DNA from: an uncultured Chloroflexia bacterium
Lineage (GTDB): Bacteria > Chloroflexota > Limnocylindria > Limnocylindrales > CSP1-4
DNA length: 64,000 bases
Direction: 5' to 3'
NCBI GenBank assembly: GCA_963749705.1
Contig: CAVVNQ010000015.1
Location: 384,001 to 448,000, forward strand
Shown: in pieces, positions 1 to 10,636 of the stretch
Position numbering within the stretch: the first letter of the stretch is position 1
Layout of the letters: the number at the start of each line of letters is the position of its first letter
Position numbers and translations under genes: made by a program
The notes under the pieces: generated by a model
What the model was told of the DNA's origin: nothing
What the model saw: the letters and a program-made list of their open reading frames with translations, nothing else
Databases searched by the model: none

Positions 1-317
1 CACCGCCCGTCTCCGGCCCGGTCGGGATCGCGACCTCGCTGGGCGAGGTGTTCCGGGGCAGCGGGCCGATCCTCACGCTCTACGTGGCCGGCATCCTGTC
101 GGCAAACCTGGCGCTCGTGAACTTCCTGCCGTTCCCGCCGCTCGACGGGGGACGGATGGTCGTGCTCGTGCTCAAGGCCATCCCGCGCTACGGCTCCCGG
201 ATCTCGGTCAGGGCCGAGCGGCTCACGTACGCGATCGGGTTCATCGCCCTGTTCACGTTCCTGATCTGGATCACCGTGTTCGATGTCGTCCGCCAGGTGG
301 GTGGCGGCACTCCGTGA
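1..317 (+). CDS. rseP: RseP/M50 intramembrane metalloprotease, C-terminal part (5' truncated by window edge)
   Basis: [16 protein letters not shown] motif (NLLPxPxLDG); ends in TxxD helix; sits directly upstream of ispG. Confidence 0.9.
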   Translation, partial: PPVSGPVGIATSLGEVFRGSGPILTLYVAGILSANLALVNFLPFPPLDGGRMVVLVLKAIPRYGSRISVRAERLTYAIGFIALFTFLIWITVFDVVRQVGGGTP

Positions 318-1561
318 CCTCGCCCGATCAGCTGCGTCCCGCGCGCCGGCCAACGGTGTCGGTGGACGTCGGCGGCGTGCTCGTGGGATCCGCGCACCCG
401 ATCGTCGTCCAGTCCATGACCAACACGGACACCGCAGATCCGGATGCGACGGCGATCCAGGTTGCCCGCCTCGCCCACGCGGGCAGCCAGCTGGTGCGGG
501 TCACCGTCAACACGGACCAGGCGGCGGCCGCCGTCCCCGAGATGGTCGCAAAGGTTCGCGGCCTGGGTGTGGACGCCCCGATCATCGGCGACTTCCACTA
601 CAACGGTCACAAGCTGCTGGTCGACTACCCGGAGATGGCGGCCGCGCTCGACAAGTACCGGATCAACCCGGGCAACGTCGGGACGAAGCATCACGACGTC
701 AACTTCCAGACGATCGTGCGGGTCGCGGCGGACAACGGGAAGCCGGTCAGGATCGGGGTCAACTGGGGATCGCTGGACCAGCAGCTGCTGACCGATCTCA
801 TGGAGGCCAACGCGAAGGCACCCGAGCCCCGCGAGGCACGGGACGTGATGATCGAGGCGATGATCGAGTCCGCGATGCGCTCGGCGGAGCTGGCCGAGGA
901 GACCGGGCTGGGCCACGACCGGATCATCCTGTCGGCCAAGGTGTCGGGCGTCCGCGACCTCGTCGATACCTATCGTCTGCTGGCACCGCGCTCCGACTAC
1001 CCGCTCCACCTGGGCCTGACCGAGGCCGGCATGGGCATGAAGGGGATCGTGACGTCGACGGCGGGCCTCGCGATCCTGCTCAACGAAGGGATCGGCGACA
1101 CCATCCGGGTCTCGCTGACGCCGGAGCCGGGAGCCGGCCGCGAGCTCGAGGTCGAGGTTGCGCAGCAGGTCCTGCAGTCGATGGGACTCCGTTCGTTCCT
1201 GCCCCAGGTCTCCGCGTGCCCGGGTTGCGGACGGACGACGTCGACCTTCTTCCAGGAGATGGCGCGTGACATCACGGACCACCTCAAGCGCCGCATGCCG
1301 GAGTGGCGCGAGACGCACCCCGGCGTCGAGGAGCTCAAGGTCGCGGTGATGGGCTGCGTGGTCAACGGACCCGGGGAGTCCAAGCACGCGGACATCGGGA
1401 TCAGCCTGCCCGGCACATTCGAGGCGCCCGTGGCACCGGTGTTCGTGGACGGCAAGCTCGACCGCACGCTGCGCGGCGACGCGATCGTGCCCGAGTTCAT
1501 CGAGATCCTCGAGGCGTACGTCGACCGGCGGTACCTGCCGGACGCGGTCGAGGCGCGCTGA
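314..1561 (+). CDS. ispG: (E)-4-hydroxy-3-methylbut-2-enyl-diphosphate synthase
   Basis: [59 protein letters not shown] motifs. Confidence 0.97.
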   Translation: MTSPDQLRPARRPTVSVDVGGVLVGSAHPIVVQSMTNTDTADPDATAIQVARLAHAGSQLVRVTVNTDQAAAAVPEMVAKVRGLGVDAPIIGDFHYNGHKLLVDYPEMAAALDKYRINPGNVGTKHHDVNFQTIVRVAADNGKPVRIGVNWGSLDQQLLTDLMEANAKAPEPREARDVMIEAMIESAMRSAELAEETGLGHDRIILSAKVSGVRDLVDTYRLLAPRSDYPLHLGLTEAGMGMKGIVTSTAGLAILLNEGIGDTIRVSLTPEPGAGRELEVEVAQQVLQSMGLRSFLPQVSACPGCGRTTSTFFQEMARDITDHLKRRMPEWRETHPGVEELKVAVMGCVVNGPGESKHADIGISLPGTFEAPVAPVFVDGKLDRTLRGDAIVPEFIEILEAYVDRRYLPDAVEAR

Positions 1562-1586
1562 GCGCCGCCCGGAACGGCGTCGGGCC

Positions 1587-1622
1587 AGGTTCGCCCGCAG
1601 GTTCGCGCGGAGGTTCGTGCGG
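1587..1622 (+). repeat. 3 x 12-bp imperfect tandem repeat (AGGTTCGnnCGn)
   Basis: aggttcgcccgc aggttcgcgcgg aggttcgtgcgg read directly after the ispG stop. Confidence 0.8.
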
Positions 1623-1980
1623 CGGGGGGCGCCGGCCGGCTCGCCGGCCCACCGCATGCCCGGCTGTTCGCTCCGCGTTCTTCCTGACATCTGTCCACGA
1701 GGCGAGCCTTCGCCGGATCCAGGGACCACTTGCGGAGATTCCGACTGTCGGATGTCCACCACACGGTCCGGCAGCCGGCACCGCGGCACGTTCGGGGGAG
1801 GACCTGGGCGGAACCGTTGGCGAACGCACGCTGCACGGACATCTGTCATGGTCAGGCGGCGGGAGGCCTGGCGGGCCACGTCGGCCGCCCGGGACGGAAG
1901 GCCGGGACGCGAGACCGGGACCCGCGCCGGGACAGGCCACGAGACAGGCGCCCGCCGGGAGCGATCCACGTACCCGGGTG

Positions 1981-2043
1981 TATACTTCCGCGGAATAACG
2001 CGGGGCCGCCACCAAACGTGGGTGACCAACCCACGTTTCTTTG
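1981..2043 (+). promoter_or_regulatory. nusA operon leader: -10 TATACT followed by a terminator-like attenuator hairpin
   Basis: TATACT 1981-1986; perfect 10-bp stem AAACGTGGGT(2014-2023)/ACCCACGTTT(2029-2038) with a U-rich tail TTTCTTTG; same position as rimP-nusA leaders. Confidence 0.7.
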
Positions 2044-2087
2044 TGTCGCGGCGACCCTGCCGCCATCGAGCAGTGATCAGGAGGCGC

Positions 2088-3503
2088 ATGATGAGTCGCG
2101 ACTTCGTCGGTGCGCTGCTCCAGCTCAATGCCGAGAAGCAGGTATCGCGCGAGGCGCTCGTACGAGCGCTCGAGGAGGGGATCCAGGCCGCCTATCGGCG
2201 CGTCGCGGGCGAGGAGGACATCTTCGTCAAGGTCGAGCCCGACAGTGGCCGGATCGATGTCTACCGCGGCAGGTACGTCGTGGACGAGATCGAGGATCCG
2301 ATGGTCGAGGTGACCGTCGACGAGGCACGCCGGACGGACCCCGAGGCCAAGGCCGGCGACGTGATCGAGCTCGAGCAGCTCGACGGCGAGCATTTCGGTC
2401 GCATCGGCGCGCAGACCGCGAAGCAGATCATCCTGCAGCGGATCCGCGAGGTCGAGCGCGACCAGGTGTTCGACCAGTTCGCGAGCCGTGAGGGCGAGCT
2501 CATCACGGGCTCGGTGAGCCGGGTCGAGCCACGCGCGATCATCCTCGACGTCGGCAAGGGCGTGGAGGCGATTCTCGCCACCAGCGAGCAGAGCCCGCTC
2601 GAGCACTATCGCATCGGGCAGCCGGTCAAGGCATTCGTGCTCGAGGTGCGCCGCTCCGCGCGGGGACCCCAGATCCTCGTCTCGCGGACGCACAAGGGCT
2701 TCCTGCGGCGGCTGTTCGAGCTCGAGGTGCCCGAGATCCACGGGGGCACGGTCGAGGTCAAGGCCATCGCGCGCGAGGCCGGCAGCCGCTCGAAGGTTGC
2801 GGTGGCGTCGCGTCAGGACGGGCTCGATCCCGTGGGGGCGGCGGTCGGACAGCGGGGCACGCGGGTGCAGGCGGTCGTGGCCGAGCTTGCGGGTGAGAAG
2901 ATCGATGTCATCCCATGGAACGACGATGCATCCGTGTTCGTCGCCAACGCGCTGTCGCCGGCCCAGGTCCTCGGCGTACAGATCGACGAGGAGCACCGGA
3001 TCGCCAGCGTGACCGTGCCCGAGCGGATGCTGTCGCTCGCGATCGGCCGTGAGGGCCAGAACGCGCGGCTGGCCGCGCGGTTGACCGGCTGGCGGATCGA
3101 CATCCGCAGCGACGTGGTCAGCGCCGAGCCCGCAGCCGAGGCGCCGGCCGGCGAGGCGCCCGCAGCCGAGGCGCCCGCCACCGAACCGCGAGCCGGCGAG
3201 GCACCGCCCGCAGCCGAGGCGCCCGCCACCGAAATGCCGGTCGCGGTGGCGCCCGCGACGGAAGCGCCCGCCGCCGAAGCCCCGGCCGCAGGACCGTCGG
3301 ACGCCGCCGGGCCCGCGAGCGAAGGGGTCGAGCTGCCCGAGGCCGCTCAGGCCAGCGCCCCGGCCGACGGCGCCGCGACCGCGGCGACGGCCACAGAGGC
3401 GCCGCCCGCCGAGCCGGCGAGCGACGCCGCACCCGCCGAGCCGGCCGCGCCGGCGAAGCCCAAGCGGTCGCGCAAGAAGGTCAACGAGGAGGTGTCGTCG
3501 TAG
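2088..3503 (+). CDS. nusA: Transcription termination/antitermination factor NusA with Ala/Pro/Glu-rich C-terminal tail
   Basis: FGRIGAQTAKQ, AREAGSRSKVAV, DPVGAAVG, SLAIGREGQNARLAARLTGWRIDI; SD AGGAGG at 2079; start is ATG 2088 or 2091. Confidence 0.96.
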   Translation: MMSRDFVGALLQLNAEKQVSREALVRALEEGIQAAYRRVAGEEDIFVKVEPDSGRIDVYRGRYVVDEIEDPMVEVTVDEARRTDPEAKAGDVIELEQLDGEHFGRIGAQTAKQIILQRIREVERDQVFDQFASREGELITGSVSRVEPRAIILDVGKGVEAILATSEQSPLEHYRIGQPVKAFVLEVRRSARGPQILVSRTHKGFLRRLFELEVPEIHGGTVEVKAIAREAGSRSKVAVASRQDGLDPVGAAVGQRGTRVQAVVAELAGEKIDVIPWNDDASVFVANALSPAQVLGVQIDEEHRIASVTVPERMLSLAIGREGQNARLAARLTGWRIDIRSDVVSAEPAAEAPAGEAPAAEAPATEPRAGEAPPAAEAPATEMPVAVAPATEAPAAEAPAAGPSDAAGPASEGVELPEAAQASAPADGAATAATATEAPPAEPASDAAPAEPAAPAKPKRSRKKVNEEVSS

Positions 3504-3892
3504 CCGGGGCGGCCGGAGCGAGCCGGCCTATCCAGGCACGCCGCCCGCCGCAGCGGAGCTGCGTCGCGTGTCGCACGGCGCGGCCCAAGCGCGACCTGGT
3601 CCGGATCGTGCGTGCGCCCGACGGCACCATCGCGATCGATCCGACCGGCCGGGCCGCCGGGCGCGGCGCATACCTGTGCCACGACGCGGCCTGCTGGCAG
3701 ACCGCCGGCCGGAAGCGCGCCCTCGAGCATGCGCTCGGGACGTCGCTGCCGGGATCCATCATCGAACTTCTCGCGGCCGGGCCCGACGCGGTCGCCGCCA
3801 CCAACAGCAACCATCCGGCGGGTGCCCAGGGCGCCCGCCCCATCCCGAACCCCGACCCGATCACCGAAGGAGGAGCCCGTGGCCAGGAGTAG
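3500..3892 (+). CDS. ylxR: YlxR (DUF448) RNA-binding protein; start codon uncertain
   Basis: PQRSCVACR...KRDLVRIVR...GRGAYLC motifs; lies between nusA and infB; first canonical start (3608) is downstream of the conserved N-terminal motif. Confidence 0.85.
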   Translation, partial: VAGAAGASRPIQARRPPQRSCVACRTARPKRDLVRIVRAPDGTIAIDPTGRAAGRGAYLCHDAACWQTAGRKRALEHALGTSLPGSIIELLAAGPDAVAATNSNHPAGAQGARPIPNPDPITEGGARGQE

Positions 3893-5786
3893 GAGCGGTA
3901 CCCGCGGCCGACGCGGCCCGCGCAAGCCCCCGCGACGTACCGGCAGCTTCGCGCCGGGCGCCGTCACGGTCGTCGATCCGAGCGAGCGCGGCCCGATCGA
4001 GCTGCCCTCGACGATCACCGTCAAGGAGCTCGCCGAGCTGCTCGGAGTCAACCCCGCGGACATCATCCGCGAGCTCATCAAGAGCGGCATCTTCGCGACC
4101 ATCAACCAGCTCATCGACCGCGACACGGCGTCGCTGGTCGCGGAGGAGCTGGGTTACGAGGTCGCCGAGGCCAACGCCGCCTCGGCCAGCGCCGAGGACG
4201 AGGAGGGAAGCGGCCCGCCCGCGGAGGCGACCAAGGAGGTCCTGTTCGAGGAGGACGCCGCCGCCGACCTCGTCGGCCGTGCGCCGATCGTGACCGTCAT
4301 GGGCCACGTCGACCATGGCAAGACCAGCCTGCTCGACGCGATCCGCTCGACCACGGTCGCGGCGGGGGAGCGTGGCGGGATCACGCAGCACATCGGTGCG
4401 TCGGAGATCACCACCAAGGACGGCAAGCGGCTCGTGTTCCTCGACACCCCGGGTCACGAGGCGTTCACCTCGATGCGTGCCCGTGGTGCGCGCGTCACCG
4501 ACATCGCCGTGATCGTCGTCGCGGCCGATGACGGCGTGATGCCCCAGACGCTCGAGGCGATCAGCCATGCCAAGGCGGCCAAGGTGCCGCTGGTGATCGC
4601 GATGAACAAGATCGACCGTGCCGAGGCCAACCCGGACCGGGTTCGGACCGAGCTGGCCGAAGCCGGCGTCGTGGTCGAGGACTACGGTGGCGATACGCCG
4701 CTCGTGCCGGTCTCGGCCAAGACCCGGGTGGGCATCGACGCGCTGCTCGAGATGATCCTGCTCGTGGCGGATCTCCAGGAGCTCAAGGCGAACCCCAAGC
4801 GGTCCGCCATCGGGACGGTGATCGAGGCGCAGCTCACCAAGGGCCGCGGACCCGTCGCGACGATCATCATCCAGACGGGCACGCTGCGCGTCGGCGACAT
4901 CGTCACGGTGGGCAACACCTGGGGCAAGATCAAGGCCCTGGAGAACAGCGAGGGCAAGCGGACCGCGAAGGCCGGCCCCGCGTCCGCCGTCGTCGTGCTC
5001 GGCCTCAACGACGTCCCCGAGGCCGGCGACGTCATGCGCGTCGTGGCCGACGAGAAGGCCGCCCGCGGCGTGGTCGAAGGCCGCAAGATCGAGCAGGCCA
5101 CCCGTGAGGGCGGCGGCGCGAGCCGAGCCACGCTCGAGGACCTGTACCGGCAGATCCAGGCCGGCCAGGCCAAGGAGCTGCGGCTGATCCTCAAGGCCGA
5201 CGTGTCGGGCTCGCTGGGCGCGATCACGCATGCGCTCGAGCAGCTGGGCACGGACGAGGTCAAGATCAACGTCCTGCTCGAGGCCGCGGGCGACATCACC
5301 GACAACGACATCATGCTGGCCACCGCATCGAACGCGATCGTGGTCGGCTTCAACACCGGGATCACCGACACCGCGCGGCGCGAGGCCGAGGCCGAGGGCG
5401 TCGACGTCCGGCAGTACGACATCATCTACAAGCTGACCGACGACATCGATGCCGCCCTCAAGGGCATGCTCGAGCCGGAGATCGTGGAGGTGATCGAGGG
5501 CCGGGCCGAGGTGCGCCAGATCTTCCGGGTGGGCAAGAGCACGGTCATCGCCGGCTGCTACGTCACCGACGGCCGGATCGTCCGCGCCGGCGGCGTCCGC
5601 GTCTGGCGCGGCGGCAAGGTCGTGGCCACCGACCGGATCGAATCGCTGCGGCGCTTCCGGGACGATGTCCGTGAGGTCGCGCAGAACTTCGAGTGCGGCA
5701 TCGGCCTGGTCGGCTACAACGACCTGGTCGAGGGTGACATCATCGAGTGCTTCACCAACCAGACCCGCAGCCGGGTGACCGGCTGA
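3879..5786 (+). CDS. infB: Translation initiation factor IF-2
   Basis: [33 protein letters not shown]; GTG start after AAGGAGGAG. Confidence 0.98.
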   Translation: MARSRSGTRGRRGPRKPPRRTGSFAPGAVTVVDPSERGPIELPSTITVKELAELLGVNPADIIRELIKSGIFATINQLIDRDTASLVAEELGYEVAEANAASASAEDEEGSGPPAEATKEVLFEEDAAADLVGRAPIVTVMGHVDHGKTSLLDAIRSTTVAAGERGGITQHIGASEITTKDGKRLVFLDTPGHEAFTSMRARGARVTDIAVIVVAADDGVMPQTLEAISHAKAAKVPLVIAMNKIDRAEANPDRVRTELAEAGVVVEDYGGDTPLVPVSAKTRVGIDALLEMILLVADLQELKANPKRSAIGTVIEAQLTKGRGPVATIIIQTGTLRVGDIVTVGNTWGKIKALENSEGKRTAKAGPASAVVVLGLNDVPEAGDVMRVVADEKAARGVVEGRKIEQATREGGGASRATLEDLYRQIQAGQAKELRLILKADVSGSLGAITHALEQLGTDEVKINVLLEAAGDITDNDIMLATASNAIVVGFNTGITDTARREAEAEGVDVRQYDIIYKLTDDIDAALKGMLEPEIVEVIEGRAEVRQIFRVGKSTVIAGCYVTDGRIVRAGGVRVWRGGKVVATDRIESLRRFRDDVREVAQNFECGIGLVGYNDLVEGDIIECFTNQTRSRVTG

Positions 5787-5839
5787 ATCCTCGGGCCGAC
5801 GGCTCGCAGGAGCGTCGCCTCGGACCTGGGAGGGTCACG

Positions 5840-6406
5840 ATGAGCCAGCGTACCCAGCGCGTCGATGAGCTGCTTCGCCAGGAGATCGGTGCGCTGCTGG
5901 CCAAGGAGATCGCGGATCCCCGGATCGGGTTCGTGACCATCACTGAGGTCGAGACAGCGCCCGACCTGCGGCATGCCAAGGTGTGGGTCAGCGTGATCGG
6001 CGGCAAGACCGATCGCGACGAGACCGTACGCGCGCTCCAGCAGGCGATGGGCTACGTGCGGCACCAGCTGGGGCAGCGGCTGCGCATCCGGCGGATCCCG
6101 GAGCTCCACGTCCGGCTCGACGATTCGGCCGAGCGTGGCACCCGGCTGCTGCACCTGATCAACGAGCTCGAGTCGGGTGCGGACCCCGAGGCCATCACCC
6201 CGCTCGACGAGGACCTGCCGACGCCGGTCCAGCGGCTGCCCCACGAGGGCGATACCCCGGACACGGACGCCGGGGAGACGCAGGCGCCGACGCCGGCGCC
6301 GGCCGGCCGCCGGCCGTCGACCCGCCGGGGACCCGGTGGCAGCCGCGCGGGCCGCGGCGCGCCCCCGCGCAGCGAGGCCCGGAAGCCTCGCAGCCACCGC
6401 GGATGA
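5840..6406 (+). CDS. rbfA: 30S ribosome-binding factor A with disordered C-terminal extension
   Basis: RTQRVDELLRQE, DPRIGFVTITEVE, DLRHAKVWVS, RRIPELH; follows infB. Confidence 0.95.
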   Translation: MSQRTQRVDELLRQEIGALLAKEIADPRIGFVTITEVETAPDLRHAKVWVSVIGGKTDRDETVRALQQAMGYVRHQLGQRLRIRRIPELHVRLDDSAERGTRLLHLINELESGADPEAITPLDEDLPTPVQRLPHEGDTPDTDAGETQAPTPAPAGRRPSTRRGPGGSRAGRGAPPRSEARKPRSHRG

Positions 6407-7434
6407 GCACGGCTCTCGTCCTCGCCGACATCGCCCGGTCGGTGGTGCCGGATCCCGTGCTGGCGCGGCTGCGTGGCGCCCGGAACGTGCTGGCCGTCGG
6501 CCATGAGAACCCCGACGCGGACACGCTCGGCGCGACCCTCGCGGTGTGCGCGATCGTGGAGGCGCTGGGCGGCCGCGCGACGCCCGTGTGCACCGACCCG
6601 GTCCCGCCGCTGTACTCGTTCATTCCGGGCGTGGACCGCTTCCGGACGGACCCCGAGCCCGACCAGGCCTACGACCTGGTGGTGATCTCCGACTGCGGCT
6701 CGTTCGAGCGGGTGGGAGACGTCGCCGGGCGCCATGCCGACCTGTTCGCGGCGCTGCCGCACGTGATCATCGATCACCATGCCTCGAACGACGCGGCGGG
6801 CGAGGCCGACTGGATCGATCCCGGCGCTGCGGCGACCTGCGAGCTGGTCACGCTGCTCGCGACCCGGCTGGATGTGCCCCTGGCGACCGGCCACGGGTCG
6901 CTGGCGACCGCGCTGATGGCGGGTGTCGTCATGGACACCGCGACGTTCGCGCATCCGAACGCGACGCCCCGCACGCTCGCCGTCGCAGCGGCGCTCGTCG
7001 AGGCGGGCGCGCCGCTGTCGGACATCTCGCGCCGCCTGTACCGGACGAAGCCCGATTCGCAGCTGCGGCTGTTCGGCCGGGTGCTCGACCGGCTCGAGGC
7101 CACCGATGACCACCTCGTGGTGTGGTCCGACCTGCGGCTGGCCGACCTTGCGGCGACGGGAGCGCTGCCGACCCACTCCGAGGGCATCATCGACCTCCTG
7201 GCGCAGGCCGAGGAGGCGGAGGTGTCGATGCTGCTCAAGGAGCAGGCGGACGGGACGACACGGCTCAGCGTGCGCACCCGGCCCGGGGGCGTGGACGCAA
7301 CGACGCTGACGGGGGTGTTCGGTGGCGGCGGCCACGCCCGGGCGGCCGGCGCCTCGATCGACGCCCCACTGGCAGAGGCCACGGAACGGGCCCGCGAGGT
7401 GGCCGTCCGGCTGGCAGCCCAGGTTCGCCGGTGA
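6403..7434 (+). CDS. nrnA: DHH-family phosphoesterase (NrnA-type nanoRNase/pAp phosphatase)
   Basis: HENPDADTLG, IIDHH, DTATF, GGGGHARAAG motifs; position between rbfA and truB. Confidence 0.88.
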   Translation: MSTALVLADIARSVVPDPVLARLRGARNVLAVGHENPDADTLGATLAVCAIVEALGGRATPVCTDPVPPLYSFIPGVDRFRTDPEPDQAYDLVVISDCGSFERVGDVAGRHADLFAALPHVIIDHHASNDAAGEADWIDPGAAATCELVTLLATRLDVPLATGHGSLATALMAGVVMDTATFAHPNATPRTLAVAAALVEAGAPLSDISRRLYRTKPDSQLRLFGRVLDRLEATDDHLVVWSDLRLADLAATGALPTHSEGIIDLLAQAEEAEVSMLLKEQADGTTRLSVRTRPGGVDATTLTGVFGGGGHARAAGASIDAPLAEATERAREVAVRLAAQVRR

Positions 7435-8414
7435 GGCGGGGCGACCGCAGCGGCGGGCTGGACGGCGTCCTCGTCGTCGCCAAGCCGTCGGGCCCCACCT
7501 CGCACGACGTGGTGAGCCTGGTGCGACGGCTGTCGTCCACGCGGCGGGTCGGCCACGGGGGAACGCTGGATCCGTTCGCCGCGGGCGTGCTGCCGGTGTT
7601 CCTGGGACGGGCGACCCGGCTGGTCGAGTACCACCTCGGGGCGACCAAGTCGTACCGCGCCACGATCTGCTTCGGCGCCACCTCGACCACGGACGATCTC
7701 GACGGCGAGCGGACACCGATCGATGGCCCGCCGGTCACCCGCCCCGCGCTCCAGGCAGCCCTGGGCGCGTTCACCGGTCCGATCCGGCAGGTTCCGCCGG
7801 TGTACAGCGCCGTCCAGATCGCGGGACGCCGGGCGTACCAGATGGCCCGCGCCGGGGAGATCGTCGAGCTGGCACCGCGGGACGTGGTGATCCACTCGCT
7901 GGCGATCCGTGAATGGGACGACAGCGACGCGGAGCGGCCGGTCGCGGTGGTCGATGTCGAGTGCGCCGCCGGCACCTACGTCCGCGCGCTGGCGCGGGAC
8001 ATCGGTGAGCACCTCGGCAGCGGGGCGTACCTCGGCGCCCTCGTCCGCACCGCGTCCGGCGACTTCCGGCTCGATGAAGCGGTGTCGCTGGACGAGCTCC
8101 GCGCCCATGCCGCGGACGGGCCGGCCGGGGTGCTGCGAGCGCTGCGACCCATCGACGCCGGGCTCGAGCACCTTCCCCACGCCCCCGTGACCGACGACGA
8201 GGTCCGGCGCCTGGGCGAGGGCCTGATCACGGCCCCGAAGACGCCGCTCCCGGTCCGCGATGCGCCGCTCGTGCTCGCGGTCGGCAGCGACGGGCGGGTT
8301 GTCGCCGTGTGCCGCGCGGTCAGCGGCGCGCTCCATCCTCACAAGGTGCTGGCGGATCGCCCGGCCGAGGCCGGACGGCCGCTCCGCCGCGCGACCGCGG
8401 GCGACGCGGTCTGA
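7431..8414 (+). CDS. truB: tRNA pseudouridine(55) synthase
   Basis: KPSGPTSHDVV, VGHGGTLDPFAAGVL, QVPPVYSA, GTYVRALARD. Confidence 0.96.
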   Translation: MRRGDRSGGLDGVLVVAKPSGPTSHDVVSLVRRLSSTRRVGHGGTLDPFAAGVLPVFLGRATRLVEYHLGATKSYRATICFGATSTTDDLDGERTPIDGPPVTRPALQAALGAFTGPIRQVPPVYSAVQIAGRRAYQMARAGEIVELAPRDVVIHSLAIREWDDSDAERPVAVVDVECAAGTYVRALARDIGEHLGSGAYLGALVRTASGDFRLDEAVSLDELRAHAADGPAGVLRALRPIDAGLEHLPHAPVTDDEVRRLGEGLITAPKTPLPVRDAPLVLAVGSDGRVVAVCRAVSGALHPHKVLADRPAEAGRPLRRATAGDAV

Positions 8415-9193
8415 TGGACGTCGCCGCCGGGCTGCGCAACCTGGATCATTCGCCCGACCCCGTGTTCGTCGTGGTCGGCGTGTTCGACGGGCTGCACCTC
8501 GGCCATGCCTACCTGCTGCGGCACCTGGTCGCCGAGGCGTCGTCCCGCACGGCCCGGCCGGTCGTCATCACGTTCGACCACCATCCCGACGAGATCATCA
8601 CGGGCAGCGCGCCACCGCTGCTGTGCGACCCGGCCGAGCGGCTGGAGCGGCTGGCCGCCGCGGGCGTGGACACGACCGTGGTCGTCCACTTCGACCGCCA
8701 GCTCCGCGAGACGACCTACGACGCATTCGTGGCGATGATCGCGGCCCGCGCGCCGGTCGCGGGGTTCCTGATGACGCCCGATGCCGCGTTCGGCTACCAG
8801 CGGGCCGGCACCCCCGACGCGTTGGCGGCGCTGGGACGGACGGAGGCGTTCGAGGTCGTCGTCGTGCCGCCGCTCGAGCTCGACGGACGGCCGGTCCGAA
8901 GCACCGAGGTCCGGGACGCGATCGCGACCGGCGACCTCGATCGCGCCGCACGGCTGCTCGGCCGGCCGCACGCCGTGGTCGGATCGGCAACGCCGGACGC
9001 GGACGGGGTGCACCTCGCGTTCGCGCTGCCGGTCGCCATGCCACCGGACGGGCAGTACCGGGTGAACATCGACGACGCGGGGGAGGGGACCGCCATGGTG
9101 CGCGACGGGACGGTCCGGCTGCCCGATCATCCGGCTGGGCGCGCGGTCCGGGTGGCGTTTCTCGAGCGCCTGTCCGTGCCGGCGAGGCGTTGA
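8414..9193 (+). CDS. ribF: FAD synthetase (FMN adenylyltransferase) with degenerate riboflavin-kinase domain
   Basis: GVFDGLHLGH, TFDHHP, FGYQRAG, RSTEVR, LLGRP; the C-terminal part is short and has no GFPTAN motif. Confidence 0.8.
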   Translation: MDVAAGLRNLDHSPDPVFVVVGVFDGLHLGHAYLLRHLVAEASSRTARPVVITFDHHPDEIITGSAPPLLCDPAERLERLAAAGVDTTVVVHFDRQLRETTYDAFVAMIAARAPVAGFLMTPDAAFGYQRAGTPDALAALGRTEAFEVVVVPPLELDGRPVRSTEVRDAIATGDLDRAARLLGRPHAVVGSATPDADGVHLAFALPVAMPPDGQYRVNIDDAGEGTAMVRDGTVRLPDHPAGRAVRVAFLERLSVPARR

Positions 9194-9230
9194 CCGACTT
9201 GGGGCGGGTATGTAATATGGTCGTACAAAT
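9190..9230 (+). promoter_or_regulatory. sigma70-type promoter for xylAB, overlapping a possible operator
   Basis: TTGACC(9190)-17 bp-TAATAT(9213); imperfect inverted repeat TGTA...TACA across 9211-9227. Confidence 0.7.
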
Positions 9231-9296
9231 GCGCCACGTGGACCTCCTGTCGGTGGCCGCGGCGCGGGTGGGGCGAACCGCATGGAGGTAACGGGC

Positions 9297-10631
9297 GTGG
9301 GCCAGGACTTCTTTACGGAGGTGCCGGCGCCGATCCCGTTCGGCGGCCTCGATTCGACGGATCCGCTGGCATTCAAGGTCTATCAGCCGGACCGGATGGT
9401 GCTCGGCAAGCGGATGGAGGACCACCTGCGGCCGGGCGTGTGCTTCTGGCACTCGTTCTCGTGGGACGGCCGCGACATGTTCGGGATCGCGACGCTCGAC
9501 CGGCCGTGGCTCACCGCCGCCGACGAGATGGGCGGCGCCCGGACGAGGATGGCCGCCGCGTTCGAGTTCTTCACCAAGCTGGGCACCCCGTACTACTGCT
9601 TCCATGATCGGGACGTGGCGCCCGAGGGAGACTCGTTCGCGACCTTCCGCGACAACCTGGACGCGCTCACGGACGACGCGCTGGGATACCAGGAGCGCAC
9701 CGGTGTCCGGCTGCTGTGGGGCACGGCCAACCTGTTCACCCATCCGCGCTACCAGGGCGGCGCGGCGACCAACCCCGATCCCGAGGTGTTCGCGTACGCC
9801 GCCGCGCAGGTCAAGCACATGCTCGAGGTGACCCAGCGCCTGGGTGGCAGCAACTACGTCCTGTGGGGCGGCCGCGAGGGCTACGACACGCTGCTCAACA
9901 CGGACCTCCGCCGCGAGCAGGCGCAGCTGGCCCGGTTCCTGCACCTGGTGGCCGAACACAAGGCAAAGATCGGCTTCCAGGGGCAGCTGCTGATCGAGCC
10001 CAAGCCACAGGAGCCGACCAAGCACCAGTACGACTACGACGTGGCTACGGTGCACGGCTTCCTCGTCCGCAACGGGCTCGAGGGTGAGTACCGGGTCAAC
10101 ATCGAGGCCAACCACGCGACGCTCGCGGGCCACAGCTTCCACCACGAGGTCGCGTTCGCCGCCGCCAACGGGGTGCTGGGCAGCATCGATGCCAACCGGG
10201 GCGATCCCCAGAACGGCTGGGACACCGACCAGTTCCCGAACTCCGTCGATGACCTGGTGATGCCCATCTACGAGATCCTGCGAAACGGCGGCCTGGAGCC
10301 GGGCGGCTTCAACTTCGACGCCAAGCTGCGCCGCCAGAGCACCGACCGGACCGACCTGTTCTACGCCCACATCGGCGGCCTCGATACGCTCGCACGGGCG
10401 CTGCTGGCGGCCGCCGACCTGGTGACGGACGGCGCGCTCGCAGCCCGGGTCGATGCGCGCTACGCGGGCTGGTCGGGCGAGCTGGGAGCGGCGATCCTCG
10501 ACGGGCGCGAGAGCCTGGACTCCCTCGAGGCCAAGGTCGCGTCAGGACAGATCGACCCGAGCCCTGTCTCGGGTCACCAGGAGCTGCTCGAGAACCTGGT
10601 CAACCAGCGGACCTGGGCCGCCGGTCGCTGA
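9297..10631 (+). CDS. xylA: Xylose isomerase (class II)
   Basis: [60 protein letters not shown]; GTG after GGAGGT. Confidence 0.97.
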   Translation: MGQDFFTEVPAPIPFGGLDSTDPLAFKVYQPDRMVLGKRMEDHLRPGVCFWHSFSWDGRDMFGIATLDRPWLTAADEMGGARTRMAAAFEFFTKLGTPYYCFHDRDVAPEGDSFATFRDNLDALTDDALGYQERTGVRLLWGTANLFTHPRYQGGAATNPDPEVFAYAAAQVKHMLEVTQRLGGSNYVLWGGREGYDTLLNTDLRREQAQLARFLHLVAEHKAKIGFQGQLLIEPKPQEPTKHQYDYDVATVHGFLVRNGLEGEYRVNIEANHATLAGHSFHHEVAFAAANGVLGSIDANRGDPQNGWDTDQFPNSVDDLVMPIYEILRNGGLEPGGFNFDAKLRRQSTDRTDLFYAHIGGLDTLARALLAAADLVTDGALAARVDARYAGWSGELGAAILDGRESLDSLEAKVASGQIDPSPVSGHQELLENLVNQRTWAAGR

Positions 10632-10636
10632 TCCCG

